From positions 392,442-456,441 of the forward strand of contig JBFWPN010000002.1 in assembly GCA_050249955.1 (NCBI GenBank): a DNA stretch of 64,000 nt. The letters are read 5' to 3'. Position 1 is the first letter of the stretch. Each line of letters opens with the position of its first letter. This document shows, one piece after another, positions 14,834 to 25,312 of this stretch. The translations under genes were made by a program, and so were the position numbers. Source of the stretch: Vicinamibacterales bacterium. GTDB taxonomy: Bacteria; Acidobacteriota; Vicinamibacteria; Vicinamibacterales; CAVVIG01. The notes under the pieces are model-generated. The model worked only from the letters and a program-made list of their open reading frames with translations. It did not search any database and was not told the origin of the DNA.

Positions 14834-16753
14834 TCAGGCTGGCGTCAGCACCTGCGCTTCACCAGGCTCGAGCCGGACGTCGATGGCCGCCGCCACCCCG
14901 GTCGTCACCTCGCCGATGGCGTGCCAGAACCGGGCTTCGGGGATCTGGCGGGTGGCGCCTGCGCCCACGGTGCCGAGGTTGCTGAAGGCCACCGAGAGGG
15001 TGCGCGACCGCGCGTGGATGTCCCGGTCCACGAGCACGCATCCCGTGAACGTGGCGCGTCCCGTGTTGGCGACGACCACCACCTCCCGGTCCCCGAGGAT
15101 CCGCGAGAACGCCACGATTCCCCCGGTGCCCGCGGGGAAACCGAAGTCCACGCCGTTGCCCGACACCTCCCGGAAGTAGAGCCGCCCGTAGCGGACCGCG
15201 GGTTCCGCATCGCGCAGCCGTGCGAGCGCCTGCACGGTGGTGAACCGGGCGCTGTGTGTGTCGAAGGCGGCCGGCTTCCCCCACAACGCCTCGCGCGTCG
15301 ACTCGTTCGCCGTCAGGTCAGCCTGGCCCTGCGCGTCGACCGTGCCGCTGAGCGCCTGCTCCGTGCCGTAGTAGATCGACGGGATACCCTGGAGCGTGAA
15401 CAGCAGTGTCAGGGCGAGCGTCACCTGATGCGCCGGCGTGAGCGGATGCTGCATCCGCTCGTGCTGATCGTGGTTGTCCAGGAAGCTGACGAAGAAGCGC
15501 CCGGCTTCGCCGTGTGAACTGAGCAGTTCCGATTCGTGCGCCTTCCGTTCGTCGAAGACCTGCTTCAGCGCCGCCACGTCGACCATGCCCCGTGCGAGCC
15601 CGGGCAGCTTGAAGAACAGCGGGAAGTCGAGCGCGGCATCGATGCCGAATCCTTCGCCGCCCCCATTCCGCCCGATGAACCGCGCCACGACCGCTTCGTT
15701 GTCGTACACCTCGCCGAAGGTGAAGAAGTTGCGCTTGCCGATGCTCAGCGCACACTCGCGCATCGCGTTGCCGAACACCTGGATGGCACCGGCGTCGACG
15801 TACTTCACCGTGTCGAGCCGGTAGCCGTCGAAGTCGTACCGCGCCATCACGTACGCGTACGCGCGGATCAGGACCGACAGCACCGGCGACGCGCCGAGGC
15901 GGGCACGCACGGCTTCCTGGCCAGGTACGTCGGCCCGGTACTCGACCACCAGCTGCCGCATGTCGCCGAAGTCGCCCCGTACGAAGTGCGTGCCGGCATC
16001 GTCGGTGAGCTTGGCGCCGCGCCGCCTGAAGAACAGGTGGTTCTGCAGTTCCACGGGCCAGACGGCGTCATCCGCCGAGAGCGCGGCCGGTGCGGGAAGG
16101 GTGTCCTGCCAGTCGCCGCGCGGAACGCCGAACCCGTTCAGCCACTGCACGGCGGGCTCGCTGCCGGGAGGACCGTCCATGATCGTGGGGCTGGCCACCA
16201 CGCCACGAGGACCGTCCGGTGTGACGTAGTCGAAGACCCGGGCGGCATGGTTCAGCACGATGTCGAGGATGACGTGCATCCCCCGGGCATGCGCCTCGTC
16301 CACCAGTTCGGTCAGCTCGCGTTCGGCGGTGGCCCGCGTACCGTCGGACGCGAAGCGCTCGTCCACGTTCAGGAAGTCCTGCTGGCCGTACCCGTGATAG
16401 TTCCACGGCCAGTCCGGCTTCGCGTTCTTCAGCACCGGTGACAGCCACAGGGCCCGGACGCCGAGGTCCTGCAGATAGCCGAGCTGCGCGCGCACACCCT
16501 TGAACGTGCCGCCCTGGCGGTGATCGAAGCGACGGTTCCAGGCCGAGGCCGGCGGTGCGCCGTCGTTGTTGAACCGATCGATCAGCAGGAAGTAGATCCA
16601 CGTGTCCCGCCAGTCGGCCGGCGAGGGGAACGGACGCGGGATGCGGACCGTGGTGGTGCCGACCGCGACATCCACCTGGCGCCGCTCCCTGGCGTGGCGG
16701 CGCGCGTCCTCGAGGACCTGCTCGACGTCGGTTCCGAACAGTTCCGTCGGCAT
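14834..16753 (-). CDS. GH13 alpha-amylase-family glycoside hydrolase, cytoplasmic (no signal peptide)
   Basis: GH13 conserved regions LDIVLNHA, GYRLDTVKY, FGEV and FLDNHD. Specificity cannot be assigned by eye. Confidence 0.88.
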   Translation of the reverse strand: MPTELFGTDVEQVLEDARRHARERRQVDVAVGTTTVRIPRPFPSPADWRDTWIYFLLIDRFNNDGAPPASAWNRRFDHRQGGTFKGVRAQLGYLQDLGVRALWLSPVLKNAKPDWPWNYHGYGQQDFLNVDERFASDGTRATAERELTELVDEAHARGMHVILDIVLNHAARVFDYVTPDGPRGVVASPTIMDGPPGSEPAVQWLNGFGVPRGDWQDTLPAPAALSADDAVWPVELQNHLFFRRRGAKLTDDAGTHFVRGDFGDMRQLVVEYRADVPGQEAVRARLGASPVLSVLIRAYAYVMARYDFDGYRLDTVKYVDAGAIQVFGNAMRECALSIGKRNFFTFGEVYDNEAVVARFIGRNGGGEGFGIDAALDFPLFFKLPGLARGMVDVAALKQVFDERKAHESELLSSHGEAGRFFVSFLDNHDQHERMQHPLTPAHQVTLALTLLFTLQGIPSIYYGTEQALSGTVDAQGQADLTANESTREALWGKPAAFDTHSARFTTVQALARLRDAEPAVRYGRLYFREVSGNGVDFGFPAGTGGIVAFSRILGDREVVVVANTGRATFTGCVLVDRDIHARSRTLSVAFSNLGTVGAGATRQIPEARFWHAIGEVTTGVAAAIDVRLEPGEAQVLTPA

Positions 16754-16754
16754 C

Positions 16755-17798
16755 TCAGGCCCTCGTGACGTCGTAGTAGAGGAAGGGGCCAGTCGTCGGC
16801 TTCCCGCCGAGGCTGCGGCAGAAGTCCAGGTGGTTCGTCGGCTTGCCGTCCAGCACCTCGCCGATGTGCACCACGAGGCCCGCGATGTCCTGGAGCGGGT
16901 TCCCGAGGTCCAGGTCGAGATCGACGAAATGATGCTCGTAGGACGAACCGGCCTTCGGCCGGGCGATCACCATCTGCAACGATGGCGACCCCTCGACACG
17001 AAAACTCAGGAGGTCCTCCGGCCTGAACTGCCCGGTGGCGTCAGGGGCGAACGCCACCAGCGCCGGGAGGAGCTGCTCGTGAATCTTGGCCTTCGGCCGC
17101 CCCTCCGGGTAGACCAGGTCGCTCGACTCCGCGAGCTGCTGCACGCGCGTGAGGAACGCCGGCGTCACCTTCGCGAATGTCCGGTCGTCGCGCCCCTCGA
17201 AGAGGCAGACCACATCGTTGATGAGCGGCTCGGACTTCTTCGGCGTCACCCGGAGCGTCGCCAGAATGTTGAGGGCGCACGCGCGTCGCGTCGGGCGTAC
17301 GCCGGTCGACTGCACCCAGTCGAGGGCAGACAGCCCATCAATCTGCGACCGCTGCAGAACCGACAGGATGCGGCCATCCGCACCATCGAGGTCGACCGCA
17401 ATGCCGCGCGTATCGAACGTCAGGTCGACGGTCACCACGCCGTGCCCATCGTGCTTCACCTCGATCCGCCGCCGGTCCACCGTCGCCCGCCTGGTGCCGC
17501 TCACGCTCGCGGACACGATGTACCAGCCCTCGGGCAGGGCGTACTGATCGACGCCGCGGAGGACGAGCGAGCCATCCTCCACCGATGCCCTCAGGTCGAA
17601 GTGCTGTGGTCCCCAACCCTTTATCGAGCGCACCCGCTGCATCCGGTACCTGGTGCCATCGTCGAAGGGCGCCACGCCGAGCTCGATGGTGCGGGGCACC
17701 GGATGCGGCTCGTCGAACTCGAAGCCGGCCTCGATCTGGCGGCGCAGGGACAGGGGCTTGCCGTTCCGGCGGAAGCGGAGCTCGATGTATTCGTGCAT
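16755..17798 (-). CDS. Hypothetical protein (348 aa) tightly coupled to the GH13 gene
   Basis: Start chosen at MHEYIELRF... The ORF upstream of it overlaps kdgT. Strong G/C third-position bias throughout. Its stop lies 1 nt from the GH13 start codon. No motif I recognise. Confidence 0.65.
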   Translation of the reverse strand: MHEYIELRFRRNGKPLSLRRQIEAGFEFDEPHPVPRTIELGVAPFDDGTRYRMQRVRSIKGWGPQHFDLRASVEDGSLVLRGVDQYALPEGWYIVSASVSGTRRATVDRRRIEVKHDGHGVVTVDLTFDTRGIAVDLDGADGRILSVLQRSQIDGLSALDWVQSTGVRPTRRACALNILATLRVTPKKSEPLINDVVCLFEGRDDRTFAKVTPAFLTRVQQLAESSDLVYPEGRPKAKIHEQLLPALVAFAPDATGQFRPEDLLSFRVEGSPSLQMVIARPKAGSSYEHHFVDLDLDLGNPLQDIAGLVVHIGEVLDGKPTNHLDFCRSLGGKPTTGPFLYYDVTRA

Positions 17799-17896
17799 GG
17801 TGATCGATCCCTCGGAAGATGCGCGGCAGCGGGACGCGCGACAGGCTCCGATTCTAGCGGACGCCGCCCCGTAATCGCCCGATCGCGACAGGGTTG

Positions 17897-18874
17897 TTAC
17901 GCCACGGGCGAGGCCGGCCGCGGTGACGCCGCAGCTGACGCCGCCGCGGGGGCCACCCTGGTCCGGTACCACCACGACGTGAGCAGTGGCGTCAGCATGG
18001 CCGTGACGATCACCGAGGCCGTCACCTGCACCGTGGCCGCCGCGGCCACCGCCGCGTATGCCGGGTCTGCCAGCGCGACGGCCTGCGGCACGGCAGCGGA
18101 GTTGCCCGCCGTGCTCGAGGCGGCCGCGCCCGCGACCCCGCTCCCGCCGAGCAGCCGGTCGGCGACGACACAGGCCAGACCGGTGGTGACGAGCACGGTC
18201 ACGCCGAGGACGATGCCCGGCAGGCCCGCCGTGACCACCGAGCCGAGGTTGATCGTCTGTCCGAGCGTGAAGGCCATGAACGGCACGATGATCGGCTCGT
18301 GCGAGCCGAAGAACGCCCGCATGTCGTCGTCGAGGTTGCCGAGGATGGCCCCGGCCAGGATTGGCGCGATCACCGAGAGCATGGTGAGCCAGGGGATGAC
18401 CGCGAGCCCGGTGCCCACGAAGATGAGCATCGTCAGGAACGGGCCGGTCTCGATGCTCTGCACCACGTAGGTGCCGGCGTCGTCCTTGTTACCGAGCACG
18501 CTGGTGAGGGCGAGGAACATGCCGCCGTTGGTGTCGCTCATGGCCACCATCACCGCGAGGGTGGAAAGCCCGAGGAGGCTGCCACCAAACAGGTGTTCCA
18601 CCACGAGCGCAAAGACGGTGGCGGTGCCGACCTTGGCGAGAAGGATACCGAAGCCCCGCACCATCATGCGTGGTGCGGCGCGGACGGTCATCTTGGTGCC
18701 GACCGTGAAGAGGTACATGCCGAGCAGCGTCGGATAGCCCACGCCGGTGAGGGCCTGAGTGAAGCCGCCGATCCTGAGCAGGTCGGGCGCGAAGGTGTTC
18801 AGGGCCATGCCCAGGAACAGGGGAACGACCATCATGCCGCCCGGGACGCGCTGCACGGTGCGAAGGATCTGCAT
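17897..18874 (-). CDS. kdgT: 2-keto-3-deoxygluconate permease-family transporter
   Basis: Start at MQILRTVQRVPGGMMVVPLFLGMALNTFAP..., which matches the characteristic KdgT N-terminus. About 10 TM segments, 325 aa. The longer ORF (to 19141) adds a non-membrane Ala/Thr-rich leader. Confidence 0.8.
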   Translation of the reverse strand: MQILRTVQRVPGGMMVVPLFLGMALNTFAPDLLRIGGFTQALTGVGYPTLLGMYLFTVGTKMTVRAAPRMMVRGFGILLAKVGTATVFALVVEHLFGGSLLGLSTLAVMVAMSDTNGGMFLALTSVLGNKDDAGTYVVQSIETGPFLTMLIFVGTGLAVIPWLTMLSVIAPILAGAILGNLDDDMRAFFGSHEPIIVPFMAFTLGQTINLGSVVTAGLPGIVLGVTVLVTTGLACVVADRLLGGSGVAGAAASSTAGNSAAVPQAVALADPAYAAVAAAATVQVTASVIVTAMLTPLLTSWWYRTRVAPAAASAAASPRPASPVA

Positions 18875-19052
18875 CGACGCGCAGCTTACCCCGGAGCGGG
18901 AGCGACACTCGACATTTTCGTCGCGTCCCATGAGGCCGCGGACGAAGCTGTCGCTGGTCCGCGTTGCGATACCGCCGAATCCGGAGGCATTTGACGTGTG
19001 GGGCAGCGGCCGGGCTGGCGTGGTGCTTGCTGCCGTTGCGGCACAATCAGTC

Positions 19053-21635
19053 ATGCACTCACCCCACTCCGCGCTCCGGATTGTCACCGCTGCCGTTGCG
19101 GTGCTCGTTGCCACGGTGACCCTGACCACCGTGCCGTTCAAGGCCCAGGGCCGTCAGGCGCCCGGCAGCACCAGCTCCATCGAGGAACGCACGTCGTCGA
19201 TGCAGAAGCTCGACGGGTTCGTCCCGCTCTACTGGGACGAGCGTGCTGGCGCGCTGTTCATCGAGATCCCGCGCTTCGATGCCGAGTTCCTGTTGACCAC
19301 CGGGCTGGCGGCCGGGCTCGGTTCGAACGACCTCGGACTCGATCGCGGGCAGTCGGGCGGCGGGCGCGTCGTGATGTTCCAGCGGGTTGGCCCGAAGGTG
19401 CTCCTGGTCCAGACCAATCAGGCTTTCAGGTCCACGAGTGCCAATCCGGCGGAACGCAAGTCGGTGGAGGACTCGTTCGCGAAGTCCGTGCTCTGGGGCT
19501 TCACCGTGGCGGCCGAGTCGAACGGTCGCGTGCTGGTCGACGCGTCGGAGTTCCTGCTGCGCGACATCCACGGTGCGGCCGACGGGCTCCGTCCGGGCAC
19601 CTACCGGGTCGATCGCGCGCGCAGTGTGTTCCACATGCCCCGCACGAAGGCGTTCCCGAAGAACACCGAGGTCGAGACGACGCTGACCTTCACCAACGAA
19701 GTGGGCGCGGGTCGTGGCGGTGGGGGAGGGCCGGCTGACGGCCCGGACGCGATCGGCACCGCCCCGGTCCAGCCGACCGGCGGTCGCGGCCTGAGCCGCC
19801 TCTTCTCGGGCAGCGTGGCCAGCGTCTCGCCGAACGCACAGGCGGTCACGCTGCGCCAGCATGTCTCGTTCGTGGAACTGCCGGACGCCGGGTATCGACC
19901 GCGGCTGGACGACCCACGTGCGGGCTACGGTGGCATCAGCTTCGTCGACTACAGCGTGCCGATCGGCGACAACATCCAGCAGCGCTGGATCCGACGCCAT
20001 CGGCTGGAGAAGAAGGATCCGGCGGCCGCGATCAGCGAACCGGTGACGCCGATCCGGTACTGGGTCGATCCGGGGGCACCCGAGGACGTGCGGAAGGCGC
20101 TGCTCGAGGGCGCGAGCTGGTGGAACCAGGCGTTCGAGGCGGCCGGGTTCCGCAACGCCTTCAAGGTGGACGTACTGCCGGCGGATGCCGACCCGATGGA
20201 CATCCGCTACAACATGATCAACTGGGTGCACCGCTCGACGCGGGGCTGGAGCTCGGGCTCGACCGTCACCGACCCGCGCACCGGCGAGATCCTGAAGGCG
20301 ACGGTCACGCTGGGGTCGCTTCGCGATCGACAGGACTACCTGATCTTCGAGGGTCTGCTCTCGCCGTACGCCACCGGTACGGAACGGCCGCAGGCGCTGT
20401 ACGACACCGCGCTGATGCGCATCCGCCAGCTCGCGGCGCACGAGACCGGTCATACGCTCGGCCTGAGCCACAACTACTACGACAGTGCGAAGGGCTGGAT
20501 CTCGGTGATGGACTACCCGCATCCGCTGGAGGAACTGCGGCCGGACGGGACGATCGATATTTCGAGGGCCTATCCGCAGCGGATCGGCGACTGGGACAAG
20601 ATCGCCATCAACTACGGCTACCGTCAGCTCGCGCCCGGGGCGAACGAGCCGCAGGCACTCACGCGGATCCTTGACGAGGCGTGGGCGCAGGACCTGCGAT
20701 TCCTCACGAACCAGGACATGGACGCCAACCCGAGGGCGGATTGGTGGTCAAACGGCGCCAACCAGGCCGACGAGCTGAACCGCCTGCTGAAGGTCCGCCG
20801 CGCGGCGCTGGACCGGCTTGGCGAGCGCACCATCCGCGCGGGCATGCCGATGGCGACGATCGAGGAACCGCTGGTGCCCGTGTACATGTATCACCGCTGG
20901 GCGGTCGAAGCCGCCGCCTCGATCGTGGCGGGGCAGAACTACGTCTACGGCATCCGGGGCGACAATCGCATACCAACACAGTGGGCGTCGGCCGAGGACC
21001 AGGGGGCGGCCCTCGTCGCGCTGTCCGCGGCACTGAGGCCGTCGGAGCTCACGATCCCCGCGTCGCTGCTCGGGAAGATTCCACCAAGGCCCCCGGCCTG
21101 GGAGCGTCACCGCGAGCTCTTCCCGCGCACGACTGGCGATACGTTCGACCCGCTCACGCCGGCGATGATCGCGGCTGACGTGACCATCGGCTTCGTGCTG
21201 CAGATCGAGCGTGCGGCGCGGCTCGTGGCACAGCACGCTGTCGACCCGACACTGCCCGGCCTGGACGATGTGCTGGAGCGGCTGCAGGTGGCGACGTTCG
21301 GCGCCACGGCCGCATCGTCCTATGAGGCCGAGGTGCGCCGCGTCGAAGAGCGGGTGTTCGTCGACCGTGTGATGTGGCTCGCGTGGGCATCGCCCAACCC
21401 GCAGGTACGTGCATTCGCGACCGCGCGGCTCGCGGCGATTGCCGATCGCCTGAGGACGGTGGCCGGCGCCGACTCGGGGGATCGCGCGGCGCACGCCCTG
21501 CTCGTCAGCGACATCCAGAAGTTCCTCGAGCGTCCCTCCGACCCGTCGAAGTCGATCCTGCCGCCGCAGGCGCCACCAGGTGCGCCCATCGGCGATCTCC
21601 CCATGGACTGGCTCGCGCCAGCCCCCTGGAGGTAG
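19053..21635 (+). CDS. Secreted zinc metalloprotease (HExxHxxGxxH metzincin-like, DUF5117/5118-type architecture)
   Basis: Start at MHSPHSALRIVTAAVAVLVATVTL (signal/anchor). Zinc motif HETGHTLGLSHN. About 860 aa. Confidence 0.8.
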   Translation: MHSPHSALRIVTAAVAVLVATVTLTTVPFKAQGRQAPGSTSSIEERTSSMQKLDGFVPLYWDERAGALFIEIPRFDAEFLLTTGLAAGLGSNDLGLDRGQSGGGRVVMFQRVGPKVLLVQTNQAFRSTSANPAERKSVEDSFAKSVLWGFTVAAESNGRVLVDASEFLLRDIHGAADGLRPGTYRVDRARSVFHMPRTKAFPKNTEVETTLTFTNEVGAGRGGGGGPADGPDAIGTAPVQPTGGRGLSRLFSGSVASVSPNAQAVTLRQHVSFVELPDAGYRPRLDDPRAGYGGISFVDYSVPIGDNIQQRWIRRHRLEKKDPAAAISEPVTPIRYWVDPGAPEDVRKALLEGASWWNQAFEAAGFRNAFKVDVLPADADPMDIRYNMINWVHRSTRGWSSGSTVTDPRTGEILKATVTLGSLRDRQDYLIFEGLLSPYATGTERPQALYDTALMRIRQLAAHETGHTLGLSHNYYDSAKGWISVMDYPHPLEELRPDGTIDISRAYPQRIGDWDKIAINYGYRQLAPGANEPQALTRILDEAWAQDLRFLTNQDMDANPRADWWSNGANQADELNRLLKVRRAALDRLGERTIRAGMPMATIEEPLVPVYMYHRWAVEAAASIVAGQNYVYGIRGDNRIPTQWASAEDQGAALVALSAALRPSELTIPASLLGKIPPRPPAWERHRELFPRTTGDTFDPLTPAMIAADVTIGFVLQIERAARLVAQHAVDPTLPGLDDVLERLQVATFGATAASSYEAEVRRVEERVFVDRVMWLAWASPNPQVRAFATARLAAIADRLRTVAGADSGDRAAHALLVSDIQKFLERPSDPSKSILPPQAPPGAPIGDLPMDWLAPAPWR

Positions 21636-21648
21636 ACCGCGCGACCGG

Positions 21649-22992
21649 CTACTTCCGTGAGAGCAGCTCCAGGATCGCCGCCGTCTCGGCCCTGACGGCA
21701 GCCTTCAATGTCGGCTCGAGGTCCGGCGCCCACTCGGGCGAGTGCGGCGCTGGCACCGGAGTGCCCGTACGCCTCGCCTCGTCGAGCTTCACCTGCGAGA
21801 CGGCCCCGATGTGCAGCAGCACGGACGGTACGCCAGCGACGCCGAACTCGGCGAAGTCCTCGGAGGTCATCTTCTGGGGCATCTCGGTGACGCCCGCGGC
21901 ACCGAGCTGGGTCCTGAGAGCGGTCGCCAGCCTGCTGGTGGTCGCTGGGTCGTTGAAGACCGGTGGCGCCGCGGTGGCCGGCGCGTCCACCTTCGGCTCC
22001 CTCGGTGCGTTGGCCGCCATCGCCTCGCCCTTCGCCACGCGGCGGATGGCGTCGAGCATGCGCTGGCGGGTCTCCTTCGAGTAGGTTCGCACGGACAGCT
22101 GCAACCGCACTTCGTCCGGAATGACGTTGCCGGCGGTACCTCCATGGATGGATCCGATCGTGAGCACCACCGGATCGACCGGGTTGCTCTCACGCGACAC
22201 GATGGTCTGCAGCGAGAGCACGATCTTCGACGCCAGCACCACCGGGTCCACGGTGTTGTGCGGCATGGCGCCATGCCCACCGCGCCCGTACACGGTCACG
22301 GTGACGCCGTCCGAAATCGACCGGAACAGCCCCGGGTGATACCCCACCACCCCAGATGGCATCGTGTCGTCGTCATGGAAGGAGAGCGCGAAGTCCGGAC
22401 GTGGGAAACGGGTGAAGAGCCCGTCTTTGAGCATCGCCGCCGCACCGCCTCCGCCTTCCTCGGCCGGCTGCCCGACCATGACGAGCGTGCCGCTCCAGCG
22501 GGTGCGGTTCGCCGCCATCAGCCGAGCGGTACCGGCCCACGCGGCCATGTGGAGGTCGTGGCCGCAGGCGTGCATAACAGGTGTCGTGGTGCCGCTGGCC
22601 GTCTTTCCTGTCTGACGGCTGGCGAAGGGCAGACCGGTCTTCTCCTCGACCGGCAGGGCGTCCATCTCGGTGCGCATCATCACCGTGGGGCCGGGCCCGT
22701 TGCGCAGGACGCCGACGACACCGGTCCGGCCGATGCCGGTGGAGACCTCGAAGCCAAGCCCCTCGAGGTGACTCGCGAGCGCCGCCGAGGTCCGCACCTC
22801 CTGGAAGCCCAGCTCCGGGTGTTCGTGCAGGTCCACGTAGAGCGCGCGGAGGTCGGGATAGATTCCATCCACCTCGCTCGTTGTCGGGGCCAGCCAGCGC
22901 TCGCTGGCTGCCGTGCCGCCCCGCTGGGCCTGGACTGATGCTATACAGACGCTGACGGTCAGTGCGGTGGCGAGCGGCAGGAGACGTGTCAT
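21649..22992 (-). CDS. Secreted M20-family amidohydrolase (N-acyl-amino-acid / hippurate hydrolase type)
   Basis: Signal peptide MTRLLPLATALTVSVCIASVQAQ. M20D motifs MHACGHD, GQPAEEGGGGA and GGHGAMPH. Confidence 0.85.
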   Translation of the reverse strand: MTRLLPLATALTVSVCIASVQAQRGGTAASERWLAPTTSEVDGIYPDLRALYVDLHEHPELGFQEVRTSAALASHLEGLGFEVSTGIGRTGVVGVLRNGPGPTVMMRTEMDALPVEEKTGLPFASRQTGKTASGTTTPVMHACGHDLHMAAWAGTARLMAANRTRWSGTLVMVGQPAEEGGGGAAAMLKDGLFTRFPRPDFALSFHDDDTMPSGVVGYHPGLFRSISDGVTVTVYGRGGHGAMPHNTVDPVVLASKIVLSLQTIVSRESNPVDPVVLTIGSIHGGTAGNVIPDEVRLQLSVRTYSKETRQRMLDAIRRVAKGEAMAANAPREPKVDAPATAAPPVFNDPATTSRLATALRTQLGAAGVTEMPQKMTSEDFAEFGVAGVPSVLLHIGAVSQVKLDEARRTGTPVPAPHSPEWAPDLEPTLKAAVRAETAAILELLSRK

Positions 22993-23070
22993 GGCGTCCC
23001 AGAGTCTAGCCGGTTTGTCACCATCGCACGCAGGGCTGCATCTCCTGCTGCGGGTGTTCTGGGAGGAGCC

Positions 23071-24504
23071 ATGCTGGTCCGCCAAATTGCCGATCCGAAG
23101 CTTGCACAGTTTGCCTACCTCGTGGGGTGTCCCGCCACTGGTGAGGCCTTGATCATCGACCCTCAGCGGGATATCGACCGCTACGTGGCCGAAGCGGCCC
23201 GGGTCGGCCTGCGAATTGTCGCTGCTGCCGACACGCACATCCACGCCGACTACCTGTCGGGGCTGCGCGAGTTCGCGGCCCGCGGCGTGCCCGTGTATGC
23301 GTCGCGCGAGGGCGGTCCAGACTGGCAGTACGAATGGCTGGCCGGGTCGGCGTATCCGCACCACCTCCTCGGCGACGGGGACACGTTCAAGGTGGGCAAC
23401 ATCGAACTCACAGCCGTGCACACACCAGGACATACGCCCGAGCACCTGAGTTACCTGGTGCGCGACGGCGGTTCAGGTGCGAGCCAGCCCATCGCCATTG
23501 CGAGCGGCGACTTCGTGTTCGTGGGCGACGTCGGCCGGCCCGACCTGCTCGAGCGTGCCGCCGGCATCACGGGCGTGATGCAGGGGGCGGCGCGTGACCA
23601 GTACGCCTCGATTCACCGGGTTTTCAAGGGGCTGCCCGAGTTCCTGCAGGTGTGGCCCGGCCATGGGGCAGGCAGCGCCTGCGGCAAGTCACTGGGCGAC
23701 ATCCCGATGTCGACCGTGGGCTACGAACTGCGCGTCAACCCATCCATCCGGGCCGCGGACACACAGGAGCACTTCGTGGACTTCATCCTCGCGGGTCAGC
23801 CGGAACCTCCGGCCTACTTCGCGCGCATGAAGCGCGAGAACCGGAGCGGGCCGGCCGTGCTCGGCGAGTTGCCCAGGCCTCGCGAGGTGGGACAGGACGA
23901 ACTTGGTGCTCTGGCGTCGTCGAGTGGCGTCGTCATCCTCGACACGAGGTCGCGGCGCGAGTTCCTGGCCGGGCACCTTCCCGGTGCGCTGCTGACCGAG
24001 GCCGACTATCAGCTCTCCGCGATTGCGGGCTCGTATGCCGACCCGGCGCTGCCGGTCTACCTGGTGGTGCCAGCGTCGCGCGCCGACGAGGTGGTTCGGG
24101 GCCTCGTCCGGGTGGGCATCGATCGCATCGAAGGCATCATCACGCCCGATACACTCGCAGCCTGGGCGGCCGCTGGCGGCACGCTGCACCCGACGTCGGT
24201 CATCGACATGGGCGGGCTCGAGCGGCAGCGGCTGGCGGGTACCGTGCACGTGCTCGATGTGCGCGCACCGGCGGAGTTCGAGGCCGGCCACGTACCTGGC
24301 GCCATCAACATTCCGCACACGCGGCTGGGCGAGCGGTACCGTGAACTGCCGACCGATCGGCCTCTGGCGGTGCACTGCAGGAGCGGCGCCCGGTCGGCGG
24401 CTGCCAGCTCGCTGCTCGAGCGGCTTGGCTTCTCCGTGGTGGACGTGAACGACCTGTTCGCGCATTATCAGCAGGCGACTGCACCCGCACACACCGCCTC
24501 GTAG
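23071..24504 (+). CDS. Metallo-beta-lactamase-fold hydrolase fused to two rhodanese domains (persulfide-dioxygenase-like)
   Basis: MBL motif ADTHIHADYLSG and HTPGHTPEH. Two rhodanese repeats follow. The second has the active-site loop VHCRSGARS; the first lacks the Cys. Confidence 0.85.
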   Translation: MLVRQIADPKLAQFAYLVGCPATGEALIIDPQRDIDRYVAEAARVGLRIVAAADTHIHADYLSGLREFAARGVPVYASREGGPDWQYEWLAGSAYPHHLLGDGDTFKVGNIELTAVHTPGHTPEHLSYLVRDGGSGASQPIAIASGDFVFVGDVGRPDLLERAAGITGVMQGAARDQYASIHRVFKGLPEFLQVWPGHGAGSACGKSLGDIPMSTVGYELRVNPSIRAADTQEHFVDFILAGQPEPPAYFARMKRENRSGPAVLGELPRPREVGQDELGALASSSGVVILDTRSRREFLAGHLPGALLTEADYQLSAIAGSYADPALPVYLVVPASRADEVVRGLVRVGIDRIEGIITPDTLAAWAAAGGTLHPTSVIDMGGLERQRLAGTVHVLDVRAPAEFEAGHVPGAINIPHTRLGERYRELPTDRPLAVHCRSGARSAAASSLLERLGFSVVDVNDLFAHYQQATAPAHTAS

Positions 24505-24530
24505 GTCGAGGCCTGCAGTCGTCGACCCCG

Positions 24531-25304
24531 ATGATCCTGACCGCCATCCTCCTGGGAACCCTGATCGGCGCCTCGCTGGGCCTGCTCGGTGGCGGCGGCT
24601 CCATCCTGACGGTGCCGATCTTCGTCTACGTGCTCGGCTTCGCGCCGCGCGACGCCGTGGCCATGAGCCTCGGCGTCGTCGGCATCACCAGCATCGTCGG
24701 CGCGGCGCAGCACTTCAGGCGTGGCAACGTCGACCTGAGCATGGCCGCGGCCTTTGGCGCGGCCGCCACGGCCGGCACGTGGGCAGGGACCCGGCTCGCC
24801 TCGCTGCTCTCCGGATCGGCCCAGCTGGCGATCTTCGGCCTCGTCATGCTGGCCGCCGCAATCTTCATGTTCCGCGGCCGCCGCGATGCTGGTGGGACGC
24901 CGGGCCTTCAGGGCAGCTCCAGGTGGGCCCTGATCGTGGTGGAGGCCCTGGCAGTCGGCGGCCTGACCGGGCTCGTCGGCGTGGGCGGCGGGTTCCTCAT
25001 CGTGCCGGCCCTGGTGCTGCTGGGTGTCAGCATGCGGACGGCCGTCGGCACGTCGCTCCCGATCATCGCGTGGAACTGCGCGGTCGGGTTCTCGAGCTAC
25101 CTGGGACGGGCAGAGTTCGCGTGGGAGCCGATGGGGCTCGTGGCGCTGGGCACGCTGCCGGGCATTCTCGCGGGTACCTGGATGAACGGGTTCGTGCCCC
25201 AGGAGCGGCTTCGGCGCGGCTTCGCCATCTTCCTCGTGCTGATGGGCCTGCTCATCCTCGGCCAGAACCTCCCGACCGTGCTCGGCACGACAGACGGCCG
25301 CTGA
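24531..25304 (+). CDS. TauE/SafE-family sulfite/anion exporter
   Basis: Eight hydrophobic segments with duplicated GxGGG motifs ([14 protein letters not shown] and [17 protein letters not shown]). Confidence 0.85.
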   Translation: MILTAILLGTLIGASLGLLGGGGSILTVPIFVYVLGFAPRDAVAMSLGVVGITSIVGAAQHFRRGNVDLSMAAAFGAAATAGTWAGTRLASLLSGSAQLAIFGLVMLAAAIFMFRGRRDAGGTPGLQGSSRWALIVVEALAVGGLTGLVGVGGGFLIVPALVLLGVSMRTAVGTSLPIIAWNCAVGFSSYLGRAEFAWEPMGLVALGTLPGILAGTWMNGFVPQERLRRGFAIFLVLMGLLILGQNLPTVLGTTDGR

Positions 25305-25312
25305 GCCGACGC

